Below, piece by piece: positions 1 through 13,345 of a stretch of DNA of 64,000 bases (position 1 is its first letter; each line of letters opens with the position of its first letter). The position numbers were made by a program, and so were the translations under genes. Source of the DNA: Lytechinus pictus (Eukaryota); NCBI RefSeq assembly GCF_037042905.1, contig NC_087245.1:37388001-37452000 (forward strand). The letters are read 5' to 3'. The notes beneath the pieces are model-generated. The model was not told the DNA's origin and ran no database searches. It saw only the letters and a program-made list of their open reading frames with translations.

Positions 1-172
1 AATTAAATTCTAAACTTTGTGGGTTAAGATTTTAAGCACTTGTTTATAACAACAACTGGATTAAGAATGTAGATTCAGTTTAGGATAGTTTGAGGTTATA
101 TGTTTGGCAAAACATAACCATAAGAGCAACAGTCACAGGAGCAAGTGTCATGGATCCCTCTATCCATGAATC

Positions 173-766
173 TTAAAGGGATGGTCCGGGCTGAAAATAT
201 TCATAGCTTAATAAATAGAGTAGTATTCACTGAGTACAATGCCGAAAATTTCATCAAAATCGGATAACAAACAACAAAGTTATTGAATTTTAAAGTTTAG
301 CAATATTTTGTGAAAACAGTCGTCATGAATATTTATTAGGTGGACTGATGATGTCACATCTCCACTTGTTCTTTTGTATTTTATTATAGGAAATTAGGTT
401 TATTCAATTTTTTTCCTCCAAGAACTAGAACAATTGGATTGACAGCTGATTTAGTGCATTAGATATTTATTGCTGCAACTTATTTCATTATGAGGAAGAC
501 ATATTATTCACACAAGTTTGAAATAATGAAAAAATTATGATTTTACATAATAACATAAGAAAACGGAAAGTGGAGATGTGACATCATCCATCAGCCCACC
601 TAATGAATATTCATGATGACTGTTTTCACAAAATACTGCTAAACTTTGAAATTCAATAACTTTGTTATTTGTTATCCGATTTTGATGAAATTTTCGGCAT
701 ATTGCTCAGTGAATTCTACTCTATTTATTAAGCTATAAATACTTTCAGCCCAGACCATCCCTTTAA
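173..766. mobile_element. TTAA-flanked palindromic MITE (Kolobok-type)
   Basis: TTAA-AGGGATGGTC(C)GGGCTGAAA ... TTTCAGCCCAGACCATCCCT-TTAA, with ~200-bp inverted arms. Confidence 0.85.
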
Positions 767-2286
767 TAGATCCATACTCTACAAAGCAGACTGTGATTGA
801 ATACCTAATACCATCTTGACAAAAATATTCCAAATCCCAAATTTTTTGCTGTTTTTCATTTCTTTGTGTTTTATTCATGCATTTTTACATGTAAAATGCG
901 TTATGTAATTCCTTTGGAGAGGGACTCTGCCTTCAAATTAAAATCAAAATATTTTTACAAAATCTTTGACAATTTTGCTCACCACAAGGAGGTTGGTCCC
1001 TTTTCATCAATAATATCAACAATGAAGTATTTATTTGAATTAGAGCAATGTAAAAGCCGAAACAAGAACATTCTTCTGAAAAGCCGACAGGCTACCTTAA
1101 TTGATGGATACTTCATCCTCGGGAGCCGAGCATTCCTTTAAACGCGCCTCAAACCTTAGTTTGTCTGACTGCATCATCGCCTTGACACCATATGGTACGA
1201 AATCTCTCTCGCTTAATGAAATGATTAATTGAACGTCTGCTGATGGCCACTGCTAGAATGCAATGTCTCTTTCAATCATTCATTCTAGGTTATTAATTAG
1301 CAGTAATTTGGTGCTATGTGAGTCAGATAGAGGGCTTCCAAGTATCATACAGAATCTTGTGTCGAAGCGATCCTTAGTGATGCCAATCCAGTCAAAGAAT
1401 TGAAGTAATTTGAGGGAGCAAAGAAGGATTTTGAGAGTAAAAAAAAAGTATTTTCAACTGTCTCCAAAGGTCACATAATACAATTTGAAGAAAAGTACTT
1501 TTATTTTTTCATAAAACCTGTTAAGTTATCACCTAATTACATTGGCAACAGTAGGTTTTATGACTCAAGTGAACAAGAAAATAGAACTTCTACTTGTCCT
1601 TCATTTTAAATAATAATCAACTTTCTCCATCTATTGCATGGTCATTTCCTAAGTGCTTAATATTTGTTTACTTATAAGTAGCTTGACAGGTAACATAATC
1701 ATTGCGGTTTAATATCATAAAATAAATTAGTACAATTTTTCTTCGCACTTGTGGTTTTCCCTACTACCGTACGAAGCACGCTCAAGGAAATAAGCTCAAA
1801 CATTCATGTTTGCTCACACAGTGACATAGCAAATTTTCATCGGGGGAAAACACAAAAAAAGTCGTGCAGATTGTAAGGTGATAATTCAATTCTTGTAAAA
1901 AGTGACTTCTTTTTCCTGTTTTTCTCATTTATGAAAATATAAGAGCTTGCGATGACCTTAGTTCAATCTGCTTAAGGCATTAAAATCATGATCTTGTGCT
2001 TGTGTTAACATGAAATATAATGTGTATTTTGAATGTGTCCTAGTACATAGGAGATAGTGAATATCAAGAGTAACACGAATGAATGCTTATTGTTCAATCA
2101 ATTTATCAAACTACAGGTCTTTAACACATAAAGAGCAAATGTTACTTCAATCATCACTGATCATGGTTGCATCTCATGTTTTGACAGCATACAGGATGTA
2201 TTTCATCAATATCTCCTTCTCATTATATTCTGTGACCCCCCCCCCCCCTCTTCATCCTCATTTTCACTTCATACAGATAATAGTTT

Positions 2287-2597
2287 CAGGGTGCTACATA
2301 AGCACTTGCCCGATCGGGCAAGTGTTTTGAAGTAAAGACCAAAACTATTTGCCTGAATTGGGCAAGCAGTAGAATGACCAAAATTAGGGTCGATGATATG
2401 ATATTGACCCTAATTTTGGTCATGGCAGGCAAGATAAAATCACTTTGGAAAAAGAAATGCAATAACAAAGTAGATCAGTTCATGTCAAAAGAGAGAAAAT
2501 GTCAATGGTTTATAAAACTGCAAAACTTTCTTTTGAACAGGTAAAACTATTTTTTCTAGGATTTTGGGGGGCAAGTGAAATAGATTTTTGGGCAAGT
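2287..2597. mobile_element. Partial CAGGG-ended DNA transposon with GGGCAAG repeats
   Basis: CAGGGTGCTACATAAGCACTTGCCCGATCGGGCAAGT and repeated GGGCAAG. No right end found. Confidence 0.5.
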
Positions 2598-4378
2598 ATA
2601 TTTCAACTATTTCATTTTTTTTTTAGTGAAATCCATGAAATAACCGTGTGTAAGATTTTGTAAGATTTTATTTCAAAATAGAATAAAGCCCTTCCATCTG
2701 ATTTTGTGTACTTAGCCCAATTGTATGACAAGGGGAAAGTCCCTTCTATCTCTATCTTTCTATCTCTCTTTCTCTGTCTCTTTCTCACCCTCAAACGAAT
2801 GGGCTGATATTTGACCATTCTTTATGAGCATTAATGCACACAATCTCTCTTTTGTACAGCTTCTCTTGGCTAATATTTTATTGTGAAATACTGACGTCTT
2901 TCTGGGCGTTCCCATCTAATAAAGTCCATGATTGTGTTCCAAACAAGAAGGATTCTGCTGTGTATTTCCACATGGTTGGAATGCTACTAAAAAGACACCT
3001 GACATATCAATAACCTGGGGAAAAGCATAAGACCCGGTTTTACGAAAGTAGTTTAAATTTAATAGGAAGGAGCATAAATACTCCCCAGTTTTCTTTTAGC
3101 TCACTAACATATCTCATATAAACATATTAAAGTAATGGGAGGTGTAACGTAGAGAGATGCTACAATCTATTAAGTTTTTGGACACAATTTGCCATACCAT
3201 AGACTTATATACAATTGATCATAATTTTTACGTTAAATCTTGATCGGAGTCAATGCGTGCACAATTTTCTAAACAATCCAAAGTAGGGGTAAAACCAGCA
3301 ACATGGTTTTAAATGTCTTTTTTTGTGTGAATACCAGCCAAATTCTTTGGAGTATTAGGGGCCATAAAGAAATTGATACCATGTACCTTTTAAACAAAGT
3401 GCAGTGGTGTTGTGAGATGTAGATAATATCCTCTTTCAATCAAATAAGTGATCATATAACAACCCAACAACACCCAATACAAACACAAATATGCATACAT
3501 GTACAAATGTCCTTATTTTATGTGTTAGTAGGCATGATTATTAGTGACCGATGTTGGGAAATATAAGAAAATATTGACTGCACCATATTTCCCAGTTTTC
3601 CAGGATATGGTTTTAATACAGAAAACAACCACAAAAGTTGAGAACATAGAATTCACTGAGTTTGCAGGAAAACATGATTAAGGGGCCGAAATAAAATTTT
3701 ACCAATATATATACAGTGTACAGATATATAATAACAAAATCTGATACAAATACAATCTAAAAACATACTACAATTTAGTATTTGCATTGTTAGAAACAGA
3801 AAACTGGGGACTTGAAGGTTAAACCTACATATATTTATAGCCCAAGGTGATATGATGAATAGGTAAATTAGAATGTGCATGAGATTCAGAAAGCGTTGAA
3901 TAGCTTGATAGTATTTGGAACCACTCATATTTGTATATAGGCCTAGTTATTTATCAAATAATTAATCCATTGATTCATTAATATATTCATTTATTTACTT
4001 ATTCATTTGTTCACAATCATTTATTTGCTGATGTTTTTTTATCAGTGCATCTACCTAGATATCTCTATACCTTTTTTTCATTTCATTTCATTCCATTTTT
4101 ATTTTTCTATATTTCATTTTTGTCTTTAATAATCTCTTAAAACTGTCACCTTTGCATTGCAATCTTGTATAATAGACTATGAAATCCAGGTATGTGTTAT
4201 CAGTGTCATAATCAGTAATTAACATATTTGCTATGTTTGAAGACAAAGTCCTCATCCTCCACTGAAGGTTAATTCCCACTTGAAATGTGGACCCAAGCAC
4301 AAAGTTGCTTGTGAATAACTCAGATCCTATCAACATGAATAGACATATATAGACAGCAATGCCGATACAAGACAATTA

Positions 4379-4909
4379 TTAAAGGACAAGTCCACCCCAA
4401 CAAAAGGTTGATTTGAATAAAAATAGAAAAATCCAACAAGCATAACACTGAAAATGTCATCAAAACCGGATGTAAAATATGAAAGTTATGACATTTTAAA
4501 TTTTCGCTTAATTTCACATCACAGTATCCTGGCTGGGATGCAAATGAGGAGACTATGATGTCATCCACTCACTATTTCTGTTGTATTTTATTATATGATA
4601 TCTAACTTTCTCTTCATTGTCAAGTGATACAACTATTAATTCCTCCCTGAACATGTGGAATTAGCATTGTTTAATACTATATGGTTAAGTCAAGTTGGTC
4701 CTAAAAAACAAAAGAAACAGTGAGTGATGGACATCATCGTCTGAGTCACCTAGTTGTGCATATCACTGTTTCATGAAAAATAAGCAAAACTTTAAAATGT
4801 CAACTTTCTTATTTTACATCCGATTTTGATGAAATTTTCAGCACTATGCGAGATTGAATTTCTCTATTTATTCAAGTCAGCATTTTCCTGGGGTGGACTT
4901 GACCTTTAA
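4379..4909. mobile_element. TTAA-flanked MITE (Kolobok-type), family copy 1
   Basis: TTAAAGGACAAGTCCACCCCA ... GGGGTGGACTTGACCTTTAA. Homologous to the copies at 22776, 39160 and 47550. Confidence 0.88.
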
Positions 4910-5137
4910 TAAGTAATGCTCGTATAGTATTTGACCTACTTCTATAAATTTCACCTTCCTGATATTATAATACAGCAAGCAAATTTAAGATTAGAGCCCA
5001 GATGTAGTGAGTATATATATACACCCTGTGCATGAAAATGATGATTTTAAAATGAAAATGAAGATATACCAATTAGTAAGTTAGCAGTACCCAGACAAAC
5101 TTTGAATTGATTTGTGATTGAAAAAAAAAATGATTAC

Positions 5138-5167
5138 CTTCGGTTTTTCTCTTCTCCATTTTAAGAA
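5138..5167 (-). CDS. 30-nt symmetric microexon (FLKWRREKPK)
   Basis: Acceptor tttattgtttcag| and donor AAG|gtaatc. Phase 0-0 with no stop, matching the phase-0 donor of the large exon. Confidence 0.5.
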
Positions 5168-5956
5168 CTGAAACAATAAATTTCACAGTGTAATGAATCA
5201 CATTCATGAAGTTGTGAACAAAATGAAATAGAGCTGATAAAATGTACTTATGATAGCTTTGAAATGATGATGATGATGATGAAAATATAAAGTATGTCTA
5301 GGGAGACAGGGATCCTGTTTCATAGAGGACTTATGGTCATAACTTTTGTCAAATTTATATTATATGTCTTTAATCAATTTGTTTCATTTACTTACCTGTT
5401 TATCATTCCTTCATATTATAGTTTTCATTTAATAATTCAGTTCAATGTTTGCATTTTATGTCAAGGTATTATATATATATATTTTTTTTTCTCTCCATCA
5501 TTTAGGGGTGGAATGGAAGGCAACCTGGTTATGACTCGGATGATCATGAACGAACCATGTTGGTCATTAAATATTGACCGAAAAAATTCTTAGCGGAAAT
5601 GATTGCTGCTCCATTGATTGCCAATTTGATGAAATCTTATGACTTCTTGAAAAGGCCCGATTATGGATGGTTCATTCCATTGATGAAGTATTGATGCCAT
5701 GCAGTAGGGGAGAATGGGAGGAAACTAGTCTAGCCTAAAGGGATCAAGTCGGTATCGGTCTCACTCGCAGGCACAAGGGGAAAAGGAATTATAATTTTCA
5801 ATGCGTGGGACTACACTATAAATGAGAAGGAGAGGAGATCTGCCTTCTACTGCTGCAGATGGTTATGAATGTACAATTTTAATCTAGACTAATCATGGCT
5901 AGTCTGTATGAGAAATAAACATCAGAAAAGAAAATGAAATATTTATGTTGCTCAAT

Positions 5957-6224
5957 GGCCCCGTTGTACAAAGAGTTACGATTGATCCGATCAATCGTAA
6001 CTATGGCAAGCCAGCAAAGTCAACATACGAAATGCATGTTTGTTCAAAAAAATTGTAGATATGAATGCATATCCATATATATTCATTGATTTCTTGACAA
6101 TTTGGGGTGTTCTCCTTTGATTACAAAGGACATTTTGCAAATTTCCTGTAGAAAAAATTATGACACTGATGGATTTCCATAGAGTTACGATTGATCGGAT
6201 CAATCGTAACTCTTTGTACAAGGG
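5957..6224. mobile_element. PIF/Harbinger-like MITE
   Basis: GGCCCCGTTGTACAAAGAGTTACGATTGATCC ... GGATCAATCGTAACTCTTTGTACAAGGG. Homologous, in inverted orientation, to 42174-42427. Confidence 0.8.
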
Positions 6225-6404
6225 AACACTTTGCTTGCTTAATGTTATGTCGCGGTTTAATAAGAATCACCTAGTTATTGAAAATGAAATATATGAAATG
6301 AAATGATACAACCTAATTTGATCTGTACTTCGGCTAGGTACCTTTTTCATCACACTACATTTATATCAGGTATTTCATACCATACTTGTATTATAAAATT
6401 AAGG

Positions 6405-7393
6405 CAAGGCTCCACATTAACTTTTTTTGGTGGTGGCCCATTCGGGCCACCAAAATCTTTGAATAATTTTTTTTGGTGGCCCGATATTAAAGTTTGGTGG
6501 CCCGAAAAATATAAAGAAAAACATTAAAAATGAATAAATAGGTATAAATGGTTTAACCACTGTAAAAAAAAAATGAAAGAAAATAATAAAACGGCAAAAA
6601 AAGTGTGAGAAAATTCCTTCCCTAAATTTGCCAAAATGTTAGAAAAATTCACATTTCATATTAATGAAATGCCTTCCCAAAGTATTTACTTTCTCAAGAG
6701 TTGTTTAAGAAATCATTTATAAACAAGAAAGAAAGTAACTGTCTGTTTATTTTTGGCTAGAAAAGACCGGAAAAGACACAGCTTCGAAAGAAACCAAGTA
6801 AAAACATACATACAAATGCACATGTGGGACTGTGATGTACTCACCTATGTGTTTTTATGTATATCATTTTCATTTGGAAATCGGTCTTTTTGAGTCAAAA
6901 GAGAGGTCATGATTCCTCTTTTTAATGCTTGCAAATAATCAGGATACACCAGATTTTAGCAAAAAGGTCTGTAGAAGGGCATTTCATTGGTGTAAAATGT
7001 GACTTTGACTTGGATTTTCATAGTTCTGTGGAAGATTTCTTAGCAGCAACATTTCGTATCGCAGCTCCCTGAGTCTGAGTAGGCTGCTAACGCACAGCTG
7101 CTTCAAGCATGCAAAGCTCACGCCAGCCGGCTGGATAAAAGCTACTTAATGCTATAGCGGTAGGCCAACTTTGTGTGTAGATCAACAAAAAGGGCGCATG
7201 ACGAACTGGCTTGCAATTTGAATTGTAGAAAGTTGATAAATGCGTGCAAAATGGGGAGAAAAATTGCGCTATTCTGAAAATTATTGGTTGCCCGATTCGG
7301 GCCACCAAAACTTAATATTTTTTCATTAATGGTTGCCCGAGGTGAATTTCTGGTGGCCCCGGGCCACCGGGCCACCGCTAATGTCGAGCCTTG
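6405..7393. mobile_element. Non-autonomous DNA transposon with CA...TG ends (P- or hAT-like)
   Basis: TIR CAAGGCTC(C/G)ACATTA, subterminal GGTGGCCC/GGGCCACC repeats, and a 7-bp TSD ATTAAGG (6398-6404 / 7394-7400). Confidence 0.8.
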
Positions 7394-9202
7394 ATTAAGG
7401 TATAGAATACATACATGTTTGTCTCTTTTAATGATATCATTTATATGGTTCCAGTACAGCATTAGCCATAATATTCCATGTGCAACATGGAAGTGTCCAT
7501 TAAGCTGTGTGGCAACCAAGCCAGTAAGTAGGTGTATGGCATTATAAAAAATACTTTTCATAAGGTTACAAGATTGTGAACCAGCATTGGTTTGAAGAAA
7601 GTTTGGCTGTGTTCATGCATATATATCTTTAGATTAAATCAAACAAAAATTATGACCTATATTGGCAATTTGCCACAGTATTTCTATGAATTAGCATTTA
7701 TTCAATTAGCAATTCTCACCCAAAAGGTTCAGTTTGACCACACAAATACACACTATGTAGGTCAAGTACATCGGAAATATTCTAATAAAAGCCTGTCCCC
7801 CTCCCCATGAGGCAGAGTGATGTTATTACAAACACAATTAAGGATTTTATTTTTGTTGCATTTGTGAATCAAGCTATCATGATTCGAAACATACCTTTGT
7901 TAGCAGTTATATTTTCAATCACGATATGAGAACTGTAATACTAGGCTACCATCATGAACACCAATGAAGAGTGTGTGAATCCGACTGAATCGATGACCCA
8001 TAAACCAAACTCTTGAAATTTAGGCTGTAGTCAAAATCTGTTCTAGAATTATGGGAAGCCCGAAATTCAAAAACTTTGTGTATGTTATATAATGATCACT
8101 TCGCTCTTTTTTCACGATTTAATGAAAAAAAACCTTCCATAATTATCGTTACCAGGCAGGTTCTGAAATAATATTAGGGTCAAGTGTGTTAATATATATT
8201 GAGAATCTACTTTTAAAGTTGTGTCATATTTTGGCTACATATCTTTAATATAGTTTTAATAAAGATTATGACTACAGATTAAGTTAAAACCGACGAAGAT
8301 GGTCCTATAGGTTAACACCACTATTATAACCTTTGTAAGAATTTTTGGGTGCTGTCACTTTCTTAACTTGACTTTTTTCAAACCATGATTCCAGGGATGG
8401 GGCGGGAGACCGTCGTCGCTTAAACGCAAGCAGAGCCTGCCCTCTGCAGGATAGATAGCACATCCCTTTATTTTTCCTTGAGCTCCCCCGAGATCCTATC
8501 ATAACTTGAGTGAAACCCATTTATCGCCTCCTCTAATCAGACATGTATTGAAACGGGATAGTTTATGTATCCTTGATCTTCTAAACTACATCCTTTGAAT
8601 TTGGTGAAGGGAAAGGGCAACGACGTTTGGTTTAGAGTCTGGGCCAGTAAAGATGGTCGACTCACCAGAATACCTTTCAGTATTTTTTCTCCTAACATTT
8701 TTTATTATATCTGATCTTCTCACATATACCTTGTGCAGGGGCAGATTTCATTATAACTATGGTAACTTTGCCATAATCATATCTACCATGGAAACTTTGA
8801 TTGTGATTGGCTGCTGAGCCATGTTACCCTGGTAGTTGGCATAATAAATGTTTATGAAACAGGCTTTAGGACTTGCTCTCCATCTCATACATGTACTTGA
8901 GCATATAAAATGTGTGTAGATAAGATCCATTAAATTTTCTCACTACCTAATTCATATATATGTACATAGAGACTTTCTATAATTTGCAAATAATGAATTC
9001 TGTCACATTCCATCAAAGTTTCATGAAGAAAGTTTCTGATTCACCCAAGGAGAGTCATGAAGCAACTAACCTGTGATTTTCACTATGACATGAGAATTTC
9101 AGTTTTCAACAGATATCAGTGACATTCACTTGTTACTTGCTTCATGAAAGGCTCACCAGTACATGATTTAAAGGGAAATAAAAAAGAGTATTGTTCACTT
9201 AC

Positions 9203-11069
9203 TGTATCATCAGCAGCATGTTCCTCTCCTGAAGATGACGACTGCTCCGTTGAATCATCATCACTGTCAGATCTTGTTTCGCCAGGCATGAACCCTCCAA
9301 TGTTGAAGGAAATGTCATAACCCTGGTCCTCTACAGAGTCCTCAAGCTCTTCCAGAGTTCCACGAGCACTGTCAGGCTCGTGACGAATGTCCTCATCATC
9401 ATCGTCCTTCACCAAGTCATAACCACCGACAGCATCCTCGGAATCATCCGTGATGTCCGAGTCATCTGCTTCAAAGTGCGGGGGTTCATCCTCGTGAGAG
9501 CGTCTCTCTTCTTCACCTTCGTCTTCATCAGTGTCAATGGTCGATTCTGGTAAGGACATGGCCATGGCAAGGATGTCCGTACTAGCATCACCATCACGAC
9601 TCCTAGGGGATATATCCGATGTGATGGCTTCCGCTGTTAGGTTGATGCGGTTCTTGGAGATATCATCTTCCATCGAGGGTGTGGGGGAAAGGAATGAGCA
9701 CGATCCTTCAGAAGGAAGATCAGATACAATATCAGGTCTCTCCTCCTTAGATCCAGAACTCAGCTCAGCGACAAGTCCTGAAGATTCAACTCTGCCAGTT
9801 ACGCTAGCTCTGATGGGTTCGTGACTCTGCGGTTTAACTTCCGGAAACGGGACATCTTCGGTTTTACTAGGAATGCTCCTTGTGGAATATGGTGATTGGC
9901 CCAACGCTTCATGAATGTCATCAACTGAATACTCATCATCAACGGATTGTACAAGTGGCTTTTTAATGTCTACATTACTGTCCTGAGTGGGGGTATGATT
10001 TGACCTAGAGGACAGTCGCTCTGTTGCATCTTTTCGACGACTGTTCTCAACGTCCACATTCAACTTTTCGGCGTAATCAATATCAGGACGATTAATTGCA
10101 ATAATTTCTGAGGCAGGCATTTCTTTTTTCTTTGGTGGATCTACATGGTGAAATTCTGCTTCGGAGTATTCCCGAGAGAATGGTCTGGCCGATTGGCCAA
10201 AACTCCATCTCCTTGTGGCAGCAGTAGAATCCTCTGATTGCCTTGGGCGATTTCTCCTCATGACAACCTGAGAATCTTCTGCAACCACATTCTCCTTATT
10301 GCTAGTGTCCATCGGTATGGTTTCAGCATCTACATCCCTCTTGACCTCCCCATTTGCTCTAGGAATAGAATCCTCTATTTTATTTTCATGAGGTATACTT
10401 TCCACTGACGGTATATGCTTTGAGTTTAATGGTTCATCACCATTTGAAGTGGAATGTGATACATCAATTTGGAATACCTCTGATTCAGAGTCCCTCCGGA
10501 TACCAACTTCAAACGGCTCTCCTGATCTGTCCACATTTTCATGGATTCGTTTCTTGAAGACTGGTGGACTGGTCGGCGGGCTGCTACTGGTCCTTCTGGG
10601 ACCCGTTGCCCTCCGCTGGATAGGGGGGCTACTTGCAGCCTCAAACTTCTTGAGGACATTTGTGAATCTTTTCCTGGGGTCATCTCCGTTACCCTCTCCC
10701 GCTTTCACCGTCACACCTGTAAAATCCCCGCTGAGCCGCTGTTGAACGTTCACATTGTATTCATTGCTTGCCGGCCTTGGGCGACCGTGAACCGACTTTG
10801 ATTCCTTGTGCCGGAGAACAACCCCGGACAGTGAAGACTTGGCACTACTGGAGCTTGTGGTGGTGGTGGTGGTGTTGGCATTGATGTTGTTGGTTGTCTG
10901 TATTTGTCTAGGAGCATGGGGAGGCTTGCCGGTTGGGTGTGCCTGCTCCTCAAAGAGATGCCGTAGCTTGCGGACATTGGAGCTTAAGGAGGATTTCTCG
11001 CCACTGCCGCTTGGGTTACGACTGGCTGTTACTGCAGTGGACATGTTGATATCAGCCAGGTCCCAGCAC
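9203..11069 (-). CDS. Large coding exon: intrinsically disordered, Ser/Pro/acidic N-terminal region of a large cytoplasmic protein, possibly neurabin/spinophilin-like or another actin-associated scaffold/GEF
   Basis: Core of the 659-aa ORF 9116-11095. Acceptor tgttgttacag|G (AG at 11071-11070) and donor ACA|gtaagt (GT at 9202-9201, phase 0). Internal ATG at 11044 gives 614 codons to the donor. GC content is higher than the flanks. SSNVRKLRHLFEE and RKRFTNVLKKFE resemble neurabin/spinophilin N-terminal actin-binding motifs. The exon call is strong; the protein identity is weak. Confidence 0.88.
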
Positions 11070-11635
11070 CTGTAACAACAAGCAAAAAAACCCATATTAT
11101 CAGACGCTTTTCAGAATCCATTATATTATGCAGAATAAGGCAATAGCCTTCAGTGGTGAATTGCCCAAGAGCTATGGACATTATATTAAAGTCATGGAAA
11201 TCTGTTAGTAAATTTACATTGCAATGTAAATCTAAATAAGTAATGGTTTTGTCTTCTGGAATATCCAGACTTCTATTTGCAATTACATTGTAAACAAATA
11301 TAATGAAGCATAAACTGAATGAAATAAAGGCAAACACATCTGACAAGGGTGTTTACATTTAATCCATGTGGGCAAAAACATTAATAGAAACACTGTATTT
11401 TAAAACACAAATATTATTTTGTTTATTCTTGATGAACATATAACATTAAAATGATAGGCCTAAAATCAATATTTTTCACATTATACCATAAATGGTGAAT
11501 TGAGAAAATCACAATTCACAGTTACATACAGTTACATGCATGAAGGAAAGGATACCACTGCATGATCATTCAAGATAGTGTAACAATGTGGTAACCTCTA
11601 GCCGAACTTAGCAGCGCAAAACATTTATAACTTAC

Positions 11636-11679
11636 CCCTCCAGATCATAATCACTCATTTCTTCATCCGACGATGACAT
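11636..11679 (-). CDS. Probable alternative first coding exon (MSSSDEEMSDYDLEG)
   Basis: ATG at 11679 and a consensus donor GG|gtaagt (11635-11630). Its 44 nt (phase 2) join the phase-2 acceptor at 11069 in frame, reading ...DLEG-CWDLADINMSTAV. Confidence 0.65.
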
Positions 11680-13139
11680 GTTTCCCATTAAAATCACATC
11701 CAAACAGTAAAGAAATAATCAAATAGCTCCTCATCGACCAACAACAACACAAGTCAACAACTCTACACACACGGCACACGGAGGGAGTTCTATTCCAAAA
11801 GTATTTATAGGATCGCATGTATTCCAATCAGAGCCCACGTAATCCAGAGTGACTATCGGCAGTATCAGGAGAAGATAGGCATAGAGCATCCATCCAGACT
11901 TTCACATGGGGTATGTGAGTGCCACTGACAGCTGGGATACGAGAGAGCCTCGACTGATGTGGCTGACAGATCAACATACATGGCTCGGTCTACACATGGA
12001 CGATCAACAACGTCATCGGCAGTATGTGACTACACTCTCATGCACACATGAATTAAACATGCAGTAGGGTTGACATACAGGTCTATGGTTATTTCCTTCG
12101 GTGCAATTAAAGGAATTGCATTTGCAGAAGTGTACGTTTCCAAAACGCCAAACATCACGGCTGAAATCGATGAGTGTCATTCGATATCACTTGTTTACAT
12201 GAGCAGAAAATGTTGTTCCGCACATATCCTTCAGTTATCTTGATGATAATGAAAAAAATCCTGAAAACACAGGAATATAATACTATTCATTTATTTGTAA
12301 AATGAACAGCTCTCAAATTGAATGATGTCGAAACCACAATTACCAAAGGTTTAAACTATTTGATGATTCTCAGAAATTATGTGCTCCTTTAATTAATCGG
12401 AAAACACTTAGGTTTATGTTGAGAGTGATATCCTGTGTACTAAATATCCAAGAACAATGAAGCATCCATTATGAAAACACATTTTATTTCCTTTTATGAA
12501 TCTCAGGTCACACAAAACTATAGGCCTATTGTGAAAGTGAATATCTCTCAACAGATTGCCCCTTGAAAATAGTATCTAGAATAAAATGAAGCAAGGTACA
12601 CACTCTAACAGTAAGAAATACAGTCTCTGAGCTCACTTGAGAACATGCCCAAAGCGGAACTCCTGTATACAGTGAATTGGAATGATACGATTACGTCCAA
12701 AGTTTATGATCCAAAATGAAGATTTGCTAGGGTGTGTGTTATTTACATGTATATGGCATTGGTTCACCGATTAGGGGCCCTATTGTAGAGAATGAATGCA
12801 GGAAGTTGGAGGCAAGGTCGGAACAAAATAAAAAAGAAAAGCCGAGATAAAGGACAGACTTATCGTTGTCAATGTGTCATACCTCGACTGGCCTAGAATA
12901 ATAATCCAATGATTACATAAGAGGGATGAGCAAAATAATCCAATGATACTCATTAATAGGCCTATACTATTAAAATACCTATTAAAATGGATGTTTGAAG
13001 ATACTCATAGGCCTATATTGATATCAGAAAAAAAAAATTCTTGAAATTATTATAATGTCCAATCTCTTTTTTCTCAGATCCGGGTGTTATGGGAGTTTCC
13101 TCCAAATTTTCAATCCTTCCGACCCAAATCAATGTAATA

Positions 13140-13345
13140 CCCCTTTCAGTAAAATATGTTGTCCGCACCAGTTCTGCGCTAATCAAGCCCTTCTGCACCA
13201 GGTCCGCACTAAGTGTGAACCAGTTATTTGCTGGTTCACACCAGGTCCGCACTAATCAAGTCCTCCAAGTAAATGGCTGGACCGCACCAGGCCAGCGCTA
13301 AGTCCTTTCAGTAAATCGCTGGTCCACGCCTGGTCTACGCTTAGT
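13140..13345. repeat. Short diverged tandem repeat (CCGCACCAGGTCCGCACTAA units)
   Basis: About 5 copies of CACCAG(G/T)TC(C/T)GC(A/G)CTAA. Confidence 0.7.

Noticed and set aside
1090..1120. Possible phase-0 mini first exon MKYPSIK|gtagcc on the minus strand
   Set aside because: The donor is weak and the match is short enough to arise by chance.
9116..9202. C-terminal part of the 659-aa ORF (VSEQYSFLF...)
   Set aside because: It lies past a consensus gtaagt donor, so it is intronic read-through. MGFFACCYR upstream of the acceptor is likewise intronic.
9409..11075. Short overlapping ORFs on both strands within the giant exon
   Set aside because: These are shadow or antisense frames of a GC-richer coding exon, with no independent signals.
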